Source: Lama glama (taxonomy: Eukaryota). From it: 64,000 bases of DNA. Under the pieces are notes generated by a model. It worked only from the letters and a program-made list of their open reading frames with translations, searched no databases and was not told where the DNA came from. Positions 51,430 to 64,000 of the stretch are shown piece after piece. The first letter of the stretch is position 1. Every line of letters begins with the position of its first letter. A program made the translations under genes and the position numbers. Location of the stretch: NCBI GenBank assembly GCA_028534125.1, contig CM052817.1, forward strand, positions 59,770,001-59,834,000, read 5' to 3'.

Positions 51430-54290
51430 ATTTTTAACAGATTCATCGTGGTATAAATGACATACAGTAAACTACACAAACTTAAGTTGAATAACTTGTT
51501 ATATTTTGACATAATATGTAAACCATAACCATAATCAAGATGATAATCTTACCTTCAAAATTCTCTTTTGCCTCTTTGTAATTCCTCCATCTCATTTTTC
51601 CTGTTTACAACTTTATTCCCTGGCAAACATTGGTTATCCTGGCACTATAATAGTTTGCATTTTCTAGAGACTTACATATATATATATATAGAATCATATA
51701 ATATTTTATCCAATTTTGGTCTTGCTTCTTTAACTCAGCATAGTATTATGGGAGCTATCCATGATTTTGTGTTTATCAATAGTTCATTGCTTTTTATTGC
51801 TGAGCAGTATTCTAGTGTATGGATACACCATTATTTCATATACCAATATGTTCACATATTATTAGACATTTAGGTTGTTTCCTGTTTTACACTACTATAG
51901 ATAAAGTTGTTAGGAACATTGGTGTTTTAAGTCTTTGTATAGATATATGCTTTGGTAAATTTTGGGTAAATACTTGGGAGTAGAGTGGCTGGTTCATATA
52001 GGAGATTTATATTTAATTTTTAAAGAAGTTGACAACTTGTTTTCAAAAATAGTTACACATTTTATTTACCGGCTGGTAGTATATGAGAGTTCCAGTTGTT
52101 CCATATCCTCACCAACACTTGGTGTGGTCATTCTTTTTAATTTTAGACATTGTAATAGGTGCATAGAGGTGTCTCATTATGATTTTAATTTGCATTTCTG
52201 CAATGAATAATGATGTTGATCAGTTTGTCTATTTGCCTGTTTGATATTGTATTCTTAAAGCTCATAAAGCAGATGTTAGTTCTAGTCACTTTATTGTAGA
52301 TCCTATTGCATTTTCTTCATAGATGATCATATCACCTACCAATAAAGAACATTTCTTTTTCTTCAATTTTGGACGACTTTTGTTTCTTTTTGGCTTATTG
52401 CATCAGCCAGGTCAGTGTTGAATAGAAGAGGTGCTAGGGAACATTCTCATCTTGTTCCTGATCTTAACAGAAAAGTATTCAGTCATCACTATTATGTATG
52501 TCAGCTGTACATTTTTCATAGATGCTCTTTTCAGGTTGTTACTTTCCTTCTATTTCTAGATTCATCAGAGTTTTAACCTAGAATATTGTCTGTCTTGGTA
52601 AATATTCTTAAAGGAATGTATGTTCTGCTCTTTTTAGTTGATGTGCTCTATAGTTATCAGTAGTGTCAAGTTGGATGATAGTGTTCATCAAGTCTCTTAC
52701 ATCCTTACTGAATTTATGTATACCTGTTTTATCAACTATTGAGAGGTATTGAAATTTCATTCCAGAATTGTAGATTTGTCTTTGTCACCTTGAAATCCTG
52801 TTTTCTGCTTTGTGTATCTCACAGATCTGTTACTGGATACATAAAAACCTTTTGCATCTGGTAATAGTATAGTACTTTTTGTTCAGAAATGTACTTTGCC
52901 TAATATTACTATAGCCAATCTAGCCTTTTTTTAAATTATTAGTATGAGCTTGGTATCTTATTTTTCATTCTACTTAAAACATAAATCTTCATCCAGTCTT
53001 AAATGTTTCTGCCTTTTAATTTGGTTAAGATTATTTGTATTTAGTGAGTTTTGGTATGTTTGAATTTTAATCTACCATCTTGCTATTTCTTTTCTGTTTG
53101 TCTGTCTAAGCTTTATTCTCTTGTTCTGCTTTTTTCGATTAACTGAGCATTTGTTTTACGATTCTCTTTGGACTTTTGGTTGACTTATTTATTGACTGTT
53201 GTATTTTAGAGATTGCTGTAGGGTTTATAGTATTCATATTTAATTTATCATAGTCTGCCTTTATATTTATAACACTTCAAAATAGTATAAGAATGTTAAA
53301 TTATTGTATTCCAGTTTGTCTTCTCCTGGTCTGTATGTTACTGTTGCCATACATTTTGCTTCTGAATATGTTATAACACTACACTATATCATTATTTTAT
53401 CTTTAAATAGTCAATTGTGTTTTTTTTTAATATTTATGTACTTATTTATTTATTTAGTGAAGGTCCTGGGAATTGAACCCAGTACCTCGTACATGCATAT
53501 CATGTGCTCTACCACTGAGCTATACCCTCCCTTCATTAATTGTGTTTTAAAGATTTATACATAATATGAAAAAAATATGTTACATTTATCCATATAGTTA
53601 TCATTCCTAGGCCTCTTCATTCATTTGTATTGATCCATATTTCTGTCCTGAATCATTTCCTTAATACCTGAAGATCTACCTTTAGCAGTACTTGTAATGC
53701 GGTTCAGCTGGTGATAAATTTTTTAATCTTTTGTATGCCTGAAAAATCTTTATTTTGCCTTTGTTCTTTACTGTTATTTCACTAGGTAAGAAATCTTTAG
53801 TTGACAGTTTTTCTTTCAGTAGTTAAAAAATGTTGATCCCTTGTCTTCTGGCTTGCATTGTTTTTGATGATTAATCAACTTGTTTCTTTAGCTTCATTCC
53901 TTTGTATGTAATGTCTTTTTTCCCCTCTAGCTGTTTTCAACATGTTCTCCTTTCCTTGGTTTCAAGTGATTTACTTACTGTGTATCTGTTCATATCTCTT
54001 GTGCTTAGGGTTTGTTAAGTTTTTTGCATCCACAGATTTATAGTTTTCCTTGAATTCAAAAAAAATTGAACTGTTATATTTTTCTGGCCCTCCTTTCTTT
54101 GTGGACTCCAACTACACAAGTACTAGGCTTCTTGAAGTTTTCCCATAGGCTACTAATGTTCTATTTTCTTTTATTTTTAGTTTTTTCTCTGTGTGTTAAA
54201 TTTTGACAGTTCTGGTGTTATTTCTTTATTCATCTTTTCTCCTGCAAACTGTTCTGAGTACTCTACTTAATGCCTTCTTAAAAAGTTTTC
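51430..54290 (-). mobile_element. Old L1 (L1MB/MC/MD-like) fragmented 3' region
   Basis: Antisense L1 3'UTR and ORF2 pieces (gctgagcagtattctagtgtatggatacacc...tcctcaccaacacttggt...tgttgaatagaagaggtg...). Confidence 0.8.
53424..53537 (-). mobile_element. Vic-1-like camelid tRNA-derived SINE
   Basis: Minus strand GGGAGGGTATAGCTCAGTGGTAGAGCAC...GGTACTGGGTTCAATTCCCAGG (A and B boxes) with an (AAAT)n tail. TSD AATTGTGTTTT at 53413-53423 and 53538-53548, followed by AA (L1 endonuclease TTTT/AA site). Confidence 0.88.
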
Positions 54291-54744
54291 CATTTTGGTG
54301 TTAATTTTAGTCAGTAGCCTCAGGCTTAAGTAAACTTTGATGAGTGGTGTGTACACCATTCATGTCTTTCTCTTGCTTTTAATAGTTTAGTCACACACAT
54401 GCACTGATCAAGGACTCCTTAAGGGGGATTACTAAGGGAATATGTGGGACTCTCCTGTCTCCCTTCTTTTGTTGTGGTCTAGAAATTTTCTTCAGGCTCT
54501 AAGCTCAGGCAGTTCTTGGGCTCACCTTGTTTGTTTCCTCTCCTTCGGTATCACTATCCATTATAACCTGATGTCTAGTAATTTAAGAACTGTTGTTTTA
54601 TGTCTTGCTCAGTTTTCAGTTGTTTTGATGGGTATTCATAAATCTGGCCCCTGTGACTCCATCTTTCACTGGTAGTGAAAGTGCCTCATACATGTGTGTT
54701 TTTAATGACAATTTTTTATTATTTGGAAAATCTTACCGTACTTT

Positions 54745-54997
54745 TCAAAGATTTTTTGTAAAATAGTCACGTTAAGTGTTCTTAACACATACACACACAC
54801 ACACACACACAAGGTGGACATAACAAGTCTTTTCGTGGGGATGGATATATTTATTACCTTGATTGTGGTGATGGTATTCATCAACTTGATGCTATGGTGA
54901 TGTGTGTATGCACATGTCCAGACACATCAAAGTGTGTGTACATATGTGAGAAAATTTTATATTAACTGTACCTCAGTAAACCTGGAAAAGAAAAAGG
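54745..54997 (+). mobile_element. L1MC/MD-like 3' end with (CA)n
   Basis: ggatggatatatttattaccttgattgtggtgatggt...ctcagtaaacctggaaaagaaaaa. Confidence 0.75.
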
Positions 54998-56604
54998 CCA
55001 AATATATTTCATTATTTCCTGGAAACTCAGTGATAATTTAATCTAACAATTTAATCTTTGAATTTTCTCTCAAATATATGCTTTATATTTTATTTATGGT
55101 ATTAAATACTTTTATTGAAATGTTTATTTTTCTGAAAGGTATACTAAAATATATCATTTAGTAATACATTCACTTACAATTATTTCATTTTTGGAAAAAT
55201 AATAGTAAAATAAGACCCCTAGTTAATTTTCAAATATGTAAAAATGCACTGTTTCAACAAGAATTTATTAAACACTTGATTTACCAGTGATCTATTGCCC
55301 AGTGTAGGACATATAAAAGACATAAAAATAGAACATTTGTTTCAGAAAATCTTATAATGATGATGGAGATATGAGATTAAGATGAAGCTTAAAGAACAGA
55401 GCAGTTGTACCTTATTAGTGAGAACTTAGCTGGGGCATTTCATCTTTTCACAGGAATTTTATGTGCTGACAAATTTTCTTTTCAATTTAAATTCTTTCTT
55501 AAGTTCCTTTAAGAAATTTAGTGTTTCTTTACATTAAACATAAGATATTATTCTAAAAGTTTTACAAATAACATTCTCATTTAATCATCATAACTCAATG
55601 TAGTAAATTCTTATGTTATCCTGAGTATGAAACTGTGGCATAAAGGAGTTAAAGAACTAGTCCAAGACCATACAGGTAGTATAATTTTATGACATATTGA
55701 AATAAAATTATGTGGTTATACATCCTTAACACTGCATTGCTATATTTATCTAATCCTGTTCACTGGTTTAAAATGGTTAAAATAATAAAACATTTAATCA
55801 ATGGCAAATAAAAATTTACATGTATTTTTCATCATATTTACATTATAACTATTAAGGAAAGGAAAGATATCTGATAAATTTTTTCTAAGTATTATAGTAT
55901 TTAAAGCTGTATTGTTAAAAAGGTTATATATATTGTATTATGATTTTAGCTAATTACTTTCCCAACATATAGCCAAATATGGATGCTTAACATGTGCTAT
56001 TGTATAATTATAAATTTTAAAAATACATTAATGGAGTTCATTTAGGAATGAAATACTGTTTTCAGTCTCCAATTTATAAGGCTAATAAAGCTGATATACA
56101 CTTTTTTTGAAGAGTGAAGTAGTCCAAAGCACACTAAATGAAATGTAATCATTTAAAACTCTCTCAAATGTTAGGGGTGGAAACCTGCAAATACAGAGAT
56201 GGCTGAATTATTTGATTTATCTTTGCCAGAGAAAGACAGAGAGGTAGAGAGAGAGAGAGATGCAGAGAAACCGAGAGAGAGAGACAAGAAGGAAGGGGAA
56301 GAGGAGAAAAGAGGAGGAGAGGGAGGGAAGGAGAGAGGGATTCAGTGTGAGTGTGTTTAGTATTGCTAGATGTATAAAAGTGTGTGTGTGTTTGTGTGTA
56401 TTTAGTATTGTTAGATGTATAAAGATGTACTTAAATCTTTTAGGCATGGAAGAATATTTTTGCCATAATGCAGCGGCTCTGGCAGTGGAAAAAAATTTAA
56501 CAACAATTTTTTAAAGCTGTAACTGTTTTGCTTTGCTAATATAGCACTTATTTTCCCAGGTACAAAGATACTTAGGGTCTTAGTGGTTAACCTTATCTTA
56601 GTAT

Positions 56605-57689
56605 TGATGCAGGAAAAACGGATGTGGAGAGTGAGGAGGGCCATATTCCTGAGATGTGCCCTGCCAAGTATGGGTCCTTGGCTTTGTTACGGAAATGACA
56701 GGCCAGCCAAGAAACAAGCACCACTCGGAGGGTTGGAGTACTCAGATGTGTTATGCCGGTGGGCTCAGAGGGGCTTCTGCTCCGAAGCTCTGAGCACCTC
56801 CAAGACGTGCACATGAGGTTTTTATAGGGTAAAGTACAAGCTTGGGGTATTCGGCCAATAGGCATGGAACAGCTTTAGCAGCATCATTATCACAAAAGTG
56901 GAGGCAGGGAGGCAGCAAACCAACATTCCAAAGCCAGATATATCTCTTTGAAAATCCAGCTGGCTAGCAAAAAAGCATGAACAGCAAACCAACACTAATT
57001 AACTTAGATTTACGAGTTAGTCCAGCAGAACTCAGATCAGTATTCCGATACTTTGATTTGTGAGTTATCCTGCCAGCCCAGCCCAGCTTTTCCTTCACAT
57101 TCCTAGACTTGTGAGTTATGTTGTTAGCCCAGTCTGGCTTTTCCTTCACAGCTTCACACAGGAAAGAATACAAGAGCAAGCCACAGTTGAGTAAAGGTAG
57201 ATTTATTCAGAGAGATACATTGAAAGGCAAGAGAAAGGCTACGAGGTGTGGGGGTTGGGTGCTCAGATTAAAAGTAGGTACACACTCCTTAGACAGAGTG
57301 TGGGCTGTCTCTGAAAGGAGAGAGAGAAAGGCGGTGGCCGTGAGGCACATGTTGTCAGTTTTTATGGGCTCAGTGGCCTCATATTCTAATACAGTGGAAG
57401 GACCAGTCTAACTAGTCTGGGGAAAGAGATGGGATTCCCAGGGAGTTGCCCATTTCCCACTCTTTGACCTTTTGTGGCTAGCCTTGGGACTGCCATGGTG
57501 CCTGTGGGCATGTTATTCACCATGCTAATATATTACAATGAGCATATAATGAAGCTCAAGGTCTGCTAGGAGTTAAATCTCCCATAATCTTGAGCCTCAA
57601 GGCTTAATGGGGGTTGAATCTTTCACCATTTTGATGTTAATTGCTGTAGCATTCCTTGGATGGCTGTGCCCTGCCCCCTTTCTGTCTCA
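56605..57689 (-). mobile_element. ERV1-type solo LTR (1,085 bp), lineage-specific
   Basis: TG...CA termini (minus strand starts TGAGACAGAAAGGGGGCAGGGC). Perfect 4-bp TSD GTAT at 56601-56604 and 57690-57693. AATAAA (minus) at 57202-57207. Higher GC/CpG than the flanks. Confidence 0.88.
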
Positions 57690-59249
57690 GTATCACTGCA
57701 GAGACTGTAGCAGTCTGAATCTAGAATCAAGTTATTTAGCTTAGAATAAATGGACAGACATATTTTTGCAGTTTAAAGACTCAGTTTCTAGTGACCCAGT
57801 TTTTGGCATATTACTGTCATGGTTCACTCTAGGTTTTCCAAATACTGTTTCTGTGCTTACTGAGCCAGAGACAGCATGCTTGATTTTGTCAGTTTATACT
57901 TGAATACCTTTAATATGTGAATCCATGCATCCTACTCACCATTTATCATTCTAGCCTTCTAGGGCAGATAAACATAAACACACAAATGTATTTTGGCTCT
58001 TTAAGTGTTATAAATATCTTGGGCTATATTTTGTTCTTAATGTATATTGTATGTTTTTTGAAAAAGAGAAAGCTTTTTAGTCCGTTTTGAAGTGGTTAGT
58101 GGCTTGACACCTCCACAAAGTGAATTTTCATGTTTTTAACTTATTCCTGAAGAGGCATTGTTTGCTTCATTCTTATAAAATTATATTTTAAAACCATGAC
58201 ATAAAGCTAATAAATTAGTTATGAATTTTAGTGACAGGAGATAGCTTAACCTGCCTTTAAAGCATTATTAAAAAGTTGATTGTGTATTACCCTTAGTGTT
58301 TTCTCTGACCCGTTGGAGATGTTTTGTTCATATTTGCATTCAAATTCCTTCAGATATCAGATTTTGTGTGTTTCCTTGATGGCCATTGGAAACAAGTTCT
58401 TTAGGACATGAACTACCAAAGAGAAATTATGAAATAGATTTGATGACCATGCTATGATCACACTTCTACAGTATTCTTAAGTAGATAGCTTGCCTTTGAC
58501 ACATTTTTATTATGTCTGTCTTACCTTTTCTTTTCCCCTCATAGTTTTTCATTCTGTCCCTGCAGACTTTGCCTTCTTTTTGTTCTTCATTAATTCAGGA
58601 TTCCAAATGTGGACTCAATTTTTTGGTCCACTTTTTCCTAACTGAAGTGTTTGCTAATAATGATAATTCTGGATGGGAGCACTCACAGAGGGCTTTGGAG
58701 GGACAAATTTCTTATCTTCAGGGTCCAAAAGGGACATCTCCAAAGGCTATTCAAAATTTACCAATTTCCTTTGGTAAGCTGGCTTGCTTCAGAATGCAGC
58801 CGCTTTTCTGAAAATCATCACATTGTCAAAATGCATTAAAGAAGATAAATATCTTCTGTGAACCAGTTGAAAAGACAACACAATATGGATATCTGTGGTC
58901 ATTGATCAACGTTTATTTAACAGTGTGGTGATTTCAAAGCAAAAGCAGTGGAGGAAAACATTACACCTTGTGTGTATAGTGCCACATTAATGGACTTATT
59001 TAAGTTTGATCTTTGCAAGCTAGGAAAAGAATTTTATGGTTATTAAGAAGTTGGGAAGTTCTGTAGGCCCTGCTAATCTATTCTGAACTAAAATGGATTT
59101 GATATGATCCAAGTGTAATTCGTAGTTAAATTTGACCCTCTGTTACCAATTGTGGTTATATGGACAGAGAAATATCTGATTTATCTGAAGAAAATTTAAA
59201 AAAATTTTTTATTTAACGTTTTAACTGTATTAATCAGTCAAAAATATGT

Positions 59250-59410
59250 ACTTAGCATTTATAATACCCCAGGTATTGTGCTATTTAATGAACACATAAA
59301 TGTTGTAAGATAGATATGATATTCCTCATTTTACATTTAGGAAAACTGAGGCACAGGTAAATTCATTATTTTGTTCTAAGTTCACACTAAAAGCAGAACC
59401 AGATTTTGAA
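59250..59410 (-). mobile_element. MIR SINE
   Basis: cctcattttacatttaggaaaactgaggcacagg core. Confidence 0.6.
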
Positions 59411-60561
59411 AAAAGATGGTACGGCTAATAAAATGTGTTGCTTTTGTGAGGAATACCCTTCAGACATTTTCTTTTTCCTTTACTGTTTTGTTGTTGTTGT
59501 TTTGTTTTTTTGTTTGTTTTTAAACCTCTGTTGCTTTGTAAATGGTATATATAAAGCTAAGATCATGGTCAAAATACATGGAAAACCTTTCTACCTCTGG
59601 GGAAGGAATAGAGAACCATCTTGTCAAAGACTCATTAATGCTGTGGAAAGGTAGAAGAAAATTCCCTCTGCCCCTGAGTCAGTACTGAGAAACTATGCTT
59701 GGCTCAGGAGTCTGTGCTGTGAGCAAACAGGACTGATAATCTTGGGGAAAGGACCTCAAATTCTCTTCCATTTAAGACTAATCATTGATAGAAGAAAAAG
59801 TTTTTATCTTCTAAGGGGAGCAGGGATAGAAATGCTAGGAAAACTTCAACCAAGAAGACTCGGGAACACAGAGATTGTCTTAAGACTGATACTAAATCAG
59901 GACAACAGAGAACCCATCTGATTTATATCATAAGCCCACCGATAGTACCTTTCTCAGAGCACTGTTGTGATGATCATAATAGCCACTGTTTATAGAGCAC
60001 AGTGCCTTGGGTTAGTAAGGCCTCAGAAATATTAATACCAATAAAAATATTACAAATGGGAAAATTAAATATGTAGTAAATATGGTTAGTATTGTTACTC
60101 TTATAACTATAAGCAGTAATAATAAAAATGGAGTTTAGGAGGTTTCAATTGCCTTCTAGAGTCAATAACTATATAATTTTAAAAAATAAAGTTACTTTAT
60201 TTTAACTTGAAACTCAACAGAATCATTATTTTTATTTAGCTTCTCGGTGCAGAAAATATATACTTTATTTAATTATCTAAAATTTATTTGTTTCCTTATA
60301 ACAAATCTGGATATAGAAGGAATAATGGAAATAAATAATTTTAGCAAAAATCAGTTTAAAACTTAGTCTGATCCAGTAATTTTAAAAGGATCTTGAGGTT
60401 GAAGTCAGTGTTTTGAGATGATAATTCAATATTAAGTTTTCCCCATTTTCCCCTTTTTCCTCTTACAGTTGGCATTAGGATATGAGGAAAAGGCTTATAT
60501 GATATTGAGGTAATAGGAGAAGGGAAGAACTCTCACCTTATTTCTCAGGCTAGTCCTTGGG

Positions 60562-61231
60562 TGTTTACAAATATAAACAAATCTGGACTTCGGTAAGGAG
60601 AAACTTAATCAAAATGATTTTTGTACCAGGGGAGGAGACTGTTTGTTGGAGCAAGATCACTCTTGCAGTAGGGGTAGGGTGACTGTTGCAGTGTGGAAAA
60701 TCTACTTGTGGATCTGCAGGTGCATCAGTTGGCAGAATGGGCTTTTCTTTTGCAGGGAGGCACACACAGGCTAGAACTAACTGGGTGTGGGAAAGTGGGA
60801 TGAGTGGTGGTGTGATAGGACAGTTAATTAGCAAATATTTCCCCCTGAGGTCAGCTAGTTCTCAGGAGAGGCTGTGAAGAAGTTTTTCTTCAGCATTGCA
60901 ATGTTCAAAAGTGGGTGAGCATTCAGGGGCCTGGGGAAAGAAAGAAACCTGACTAAAGTTTGGTAAAATTAGTGGGTATTCTGTCCAGATTGCTTGGTGG
61001 GGATGAACAGTGCAACTAATCATTTAGGATTCAAAGAATGAAAATTTGGAGAGTCTTTGTCTGTCCTTGTCATGGGTAAATAGGGGTTAACCATAAGTCT
61101 TAGTATCTAGGTCACATAGGGAAGAGTGGTTGTTGGTAGTCAGCCATTTCTGGGAACACGAAAAAGGTTGGGGAATTCTTGACTTGCTGTGTTTTGGGAG
61201 CACAGCACTAAGGTAAAATTCAACATTGTCA
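60562..61231 (-). mobile_element. MER67-like ERV1 solo LTR
   Basis: Minus strand starts TGACAATGTTGAATTTTACCTTAGTGCTGTGCTCCC. The internal cctgactaaagtttggt motif is typical of the MER31/MER67 group. Ends ...GTAAACA. Confidence 0.8.
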
Positions 61232-61639
61232 CTACCAAATGGAACTTTGCTGGCAAACATAGCAAATATCCCTGGTTGGCGAACTTGCTGCCTCCTCTTT
61301 CTCAGCTCAGTCTGAACAGAGAGATTGATGTCAGATGGTTCAGTTTCCTGTTGCCTCTTTGGTGCTGAAGACCACTGTGCATCTATGCCAGAGCCTCACT
61401 TTGGCTCTTGGTCTAGATTGGTCTCTCCTCAGCCACAGTACCTCAGTCAGGTCTGCCAGTCCTCAGCTCAGCATACACACCACAAAGGAACTGAAATTTG
61501 CAAACCAGAAGAGCTGGCTGCCTGACCTTTCTTATTTATTTTCTTAACTCATCAGAAACAAAAACGTCAGTGTTGGATCACCCTGTACCATGACTTTCTT
61601 CAGAGTCTGAGTTTGGAGTGGTGAACAGCTTCTTTTTAA

Positions 61640-61785
61640 ATTTTTCATTCTAGTTTTTAATCGAGTTTTATTGAGATATAGTTGACATGCAACATTGTAT
61701 TAGTTTAAGTTATATAACATAAAAATTTGATATATTGAGTATATATTACAAAATGATTACGACACAGTTTAGCTAACATCAGTTA
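61640..61785 (-). mobile_element. L1 3'-terminal fragment
   Basis: ttttattgagatatagttgacatgcaacattgtattagtttaag...aaaatgattac...agctaacatc. Confidence 0.7.
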
Positions 61786-64000
61786 TTTTTAAAAATATTT
61801 TTGCTCTGTATATTAGTCAACACTTAAAAATATATTAAAAGCATGTTATTAGGTCCATCAAAAGCATATTCAGAAACTCACTAGGTGGTCAGAGTTTTCG
61901 TTTTGTAAAAGTCTTTGTCAACATTGTTGGTTTATTTTCATTGGCATAGTTGAATGTATCCATGTATAACAGTAACAACAACAAACAAAACCATCGTAAG
62001 GGAAAAATGGGACTTTTAAAAATTAAATGCTGATGAAATAATGCATATAATTTGTACATCATTGAAAGTAAATTATTTCTCTTGAGGTAAAAGATGAATG
62101 TCCTATTAAATATATTAAAATTTCAGAATTGAAGATTTCTTAGTGTTTTTAGAAGCTAGTTTGTCTGAGGAAGTGTTCGAAAAAATACAGCTGAAAGAAT
62201 ATTGCCTTAAAAGTAGTCACCAGGGTTACTATTTTTAAAAATACTTTATTTGTGATATTGCTGAGGAAGAGTTTCATCTTTGAGGGAAGAATTCTCATGC
62301 TCATGTTTTATAATAACAGATCATGTCATTGCGTCATTAAAGTTCTTTGACTCTGTTCTCTTTCCAGTTTAAATTGATGAGATAGCAAATGTATGGAAAT
62401 TTATTCTACCTATTTGTAGTCTTCATCATATTCAAAGTTAGATACATTTGTATGGTATGGGTTGGAGAGAATGGCAGGTAATCAGAACTAATTAGGAATG
62501 CACACACAGGAATAGTTAGAAGTACAAATTATAGTATCTTCATTGGTGGTTTGTGAGAATGGAATGCCAACTTTCTTATGTGTTTGTAAGTTCTGTTTAT
62601 TTTATAAGCTATTACGTAGCATTCTGCTCCAATCAGTTATACTAGTATTTATCTTAAGGCTTTATTAACCTGCGTAACAAATGGACACATGTTTTATTGA
62701 GGTGGACAGCATACTGAAGTCAGTAGTTTCCCAAGATGATTTAGACCCTAGATAGTTTCACTGGTTTATTGCGCTCACCTCTATTAAATACAGTTACATC
62801 ATACTGAAAAAGTAGTGTGGAATAATGACAATAACACAGGAAAAAACAAATGTTGGTTCTCAATTCTCAGTGTGAAATCCTCTGTTGAAACAGTTTCATC
62901 TTGGCCAGAGATTTCGGAATTCTCATAGTATGTAGTCACTCAAGAGGCCCTAAAAGAAGTATTTTAGGACCTTGTGCCATTTTGATTATCCTCAAATTAT
63001 TAATATTAATCTTATAAATTCTAGAGAGTACATATTCAAAATACTGGTAAATGATTTCTGGTTTGCATCATTAATTGTAAGTGTGCATGATGACTAATAA
63101 ATCTATGCAATTGAAACACAAAATCTAACATCCTATCTAAAAGTAAGAACAAAAATAAAACGGAATAAGAATAATATCTGGAATAGGAACTAATCAGCTA
63201 GTTTTGTCCTTGTTTATTTTATCTTCCTGTTTACTTATCTTTCTTCTCTACTGAACAGTAAACAACTTATAATAAGGCAGATTCTAGGTCTTGTATATGA
63301 TTGCATTTCAGGTACCTGGCTTGTTTCCTCTGACATAATAGCTCAATAAATATTTGCTTAATCACTATTTCTGAAAATAATCAATGGCTGACTGAAACAT
63401 TTATTTGTAAAGTTCTTGAAGGAGACTTTTGTGAATGAAAGATCAACTACAGGCGTATATATTCATCTTGCATTAGTAACATCTCAGTTAAATTATACTC
63501 CATATCCATAGGTTCTAAGAGCACTGGTGCTGCTTTTTCTGCTGTATATTGCTGCTTTTATGTTCTGCTATAACTACACGCTCCCCAAGTCTAACAAGAG
63601 CTTTCTTGTATCCTTTTTCTCATTGCTATCAGCTTAGCTCGGTTCTTTATCACAGAAAAATTGGCTTACAGCAACAAACTAAAAACTGATGTCTTTGTCA
63701 AAAGCAGAAAGTGTTTTACTTAATTCTCTTTTCTTGCCATTTGACAATGGTACAATGACTGATGACATTTCTTATTATATTGAATTATCATTTTTTTCAT
63801 TGTCATGTTTTACACATTTTTCTTGATCAAAAGAATGTCTTATATAGAAAGGTGGAATCTGTTAAATAAATTTTGATTACCTTATTTAATTCCCATCTTT
63901 AATCCCATTTCCTTCCCCTTTGTATTTTCTCTAATATTTAGATATTTTTAGAGAATACAGTCTTAGCAATGTTTCCCTGTTTAGTATTTACCCACATAAT

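Noticed and set aside
53455..53531. tRNA-like sequence
   Set aside because: It has an AT-rich tail and TSD, so it is a SINE rather than a tRNA gene.
56350..56425. Approx. 25-bp direct repeat separated by a TG-rich spacer
   Set aside because: Only two copies within microsatellite context; not CRISPR-like.
60469..60509. 41-nt exon candidate with a strong acceptor
   Set aside because: The donor (GAG|GTAATA) is moderate, the peptide is unrecognised and there is no other support.

Overview
AT-rich, repeat-dense mammalian non-coding DNA (intronic or intergenic). It is probably from a camelid, because a Vic-1-like tRNA-derived SINE lies at 53.4 kb. I recognised no intact host protein-coding gene, and almost all ORFs in the track are spurious or repeat-derived. 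The landscape includes a near-full-length Tigger1, L2/MIR/L1 fossils, several solo LTRs, and a young L1 whose two ends and 13-bp TSD flank a 500-N gap. The outstanding feature is a degenerate class III (spuma-related, ERV-L/ERV-S-like) endogenous retrovirus remnant at about 39.6-45.0 kb. It has an integrase core, an unusually long env-like gene (about 1,250 codons, with an approx. 440-aa TM lacking the gamma-type CX6CC), a PPT and a 3' LTR. It is split by an internal inversion whose breakpoints carry a 29-bp inverted duplication, and it shows signs of G-to-A hypermutation. A near-perfect approx. 143-bp hairpin at 27.4 kb and a candidate non-coding exon in a motif-rich unique block at 22-23 kb also merit checking. 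Repeat family names come from my recall of consensus sequences, not from a database search.
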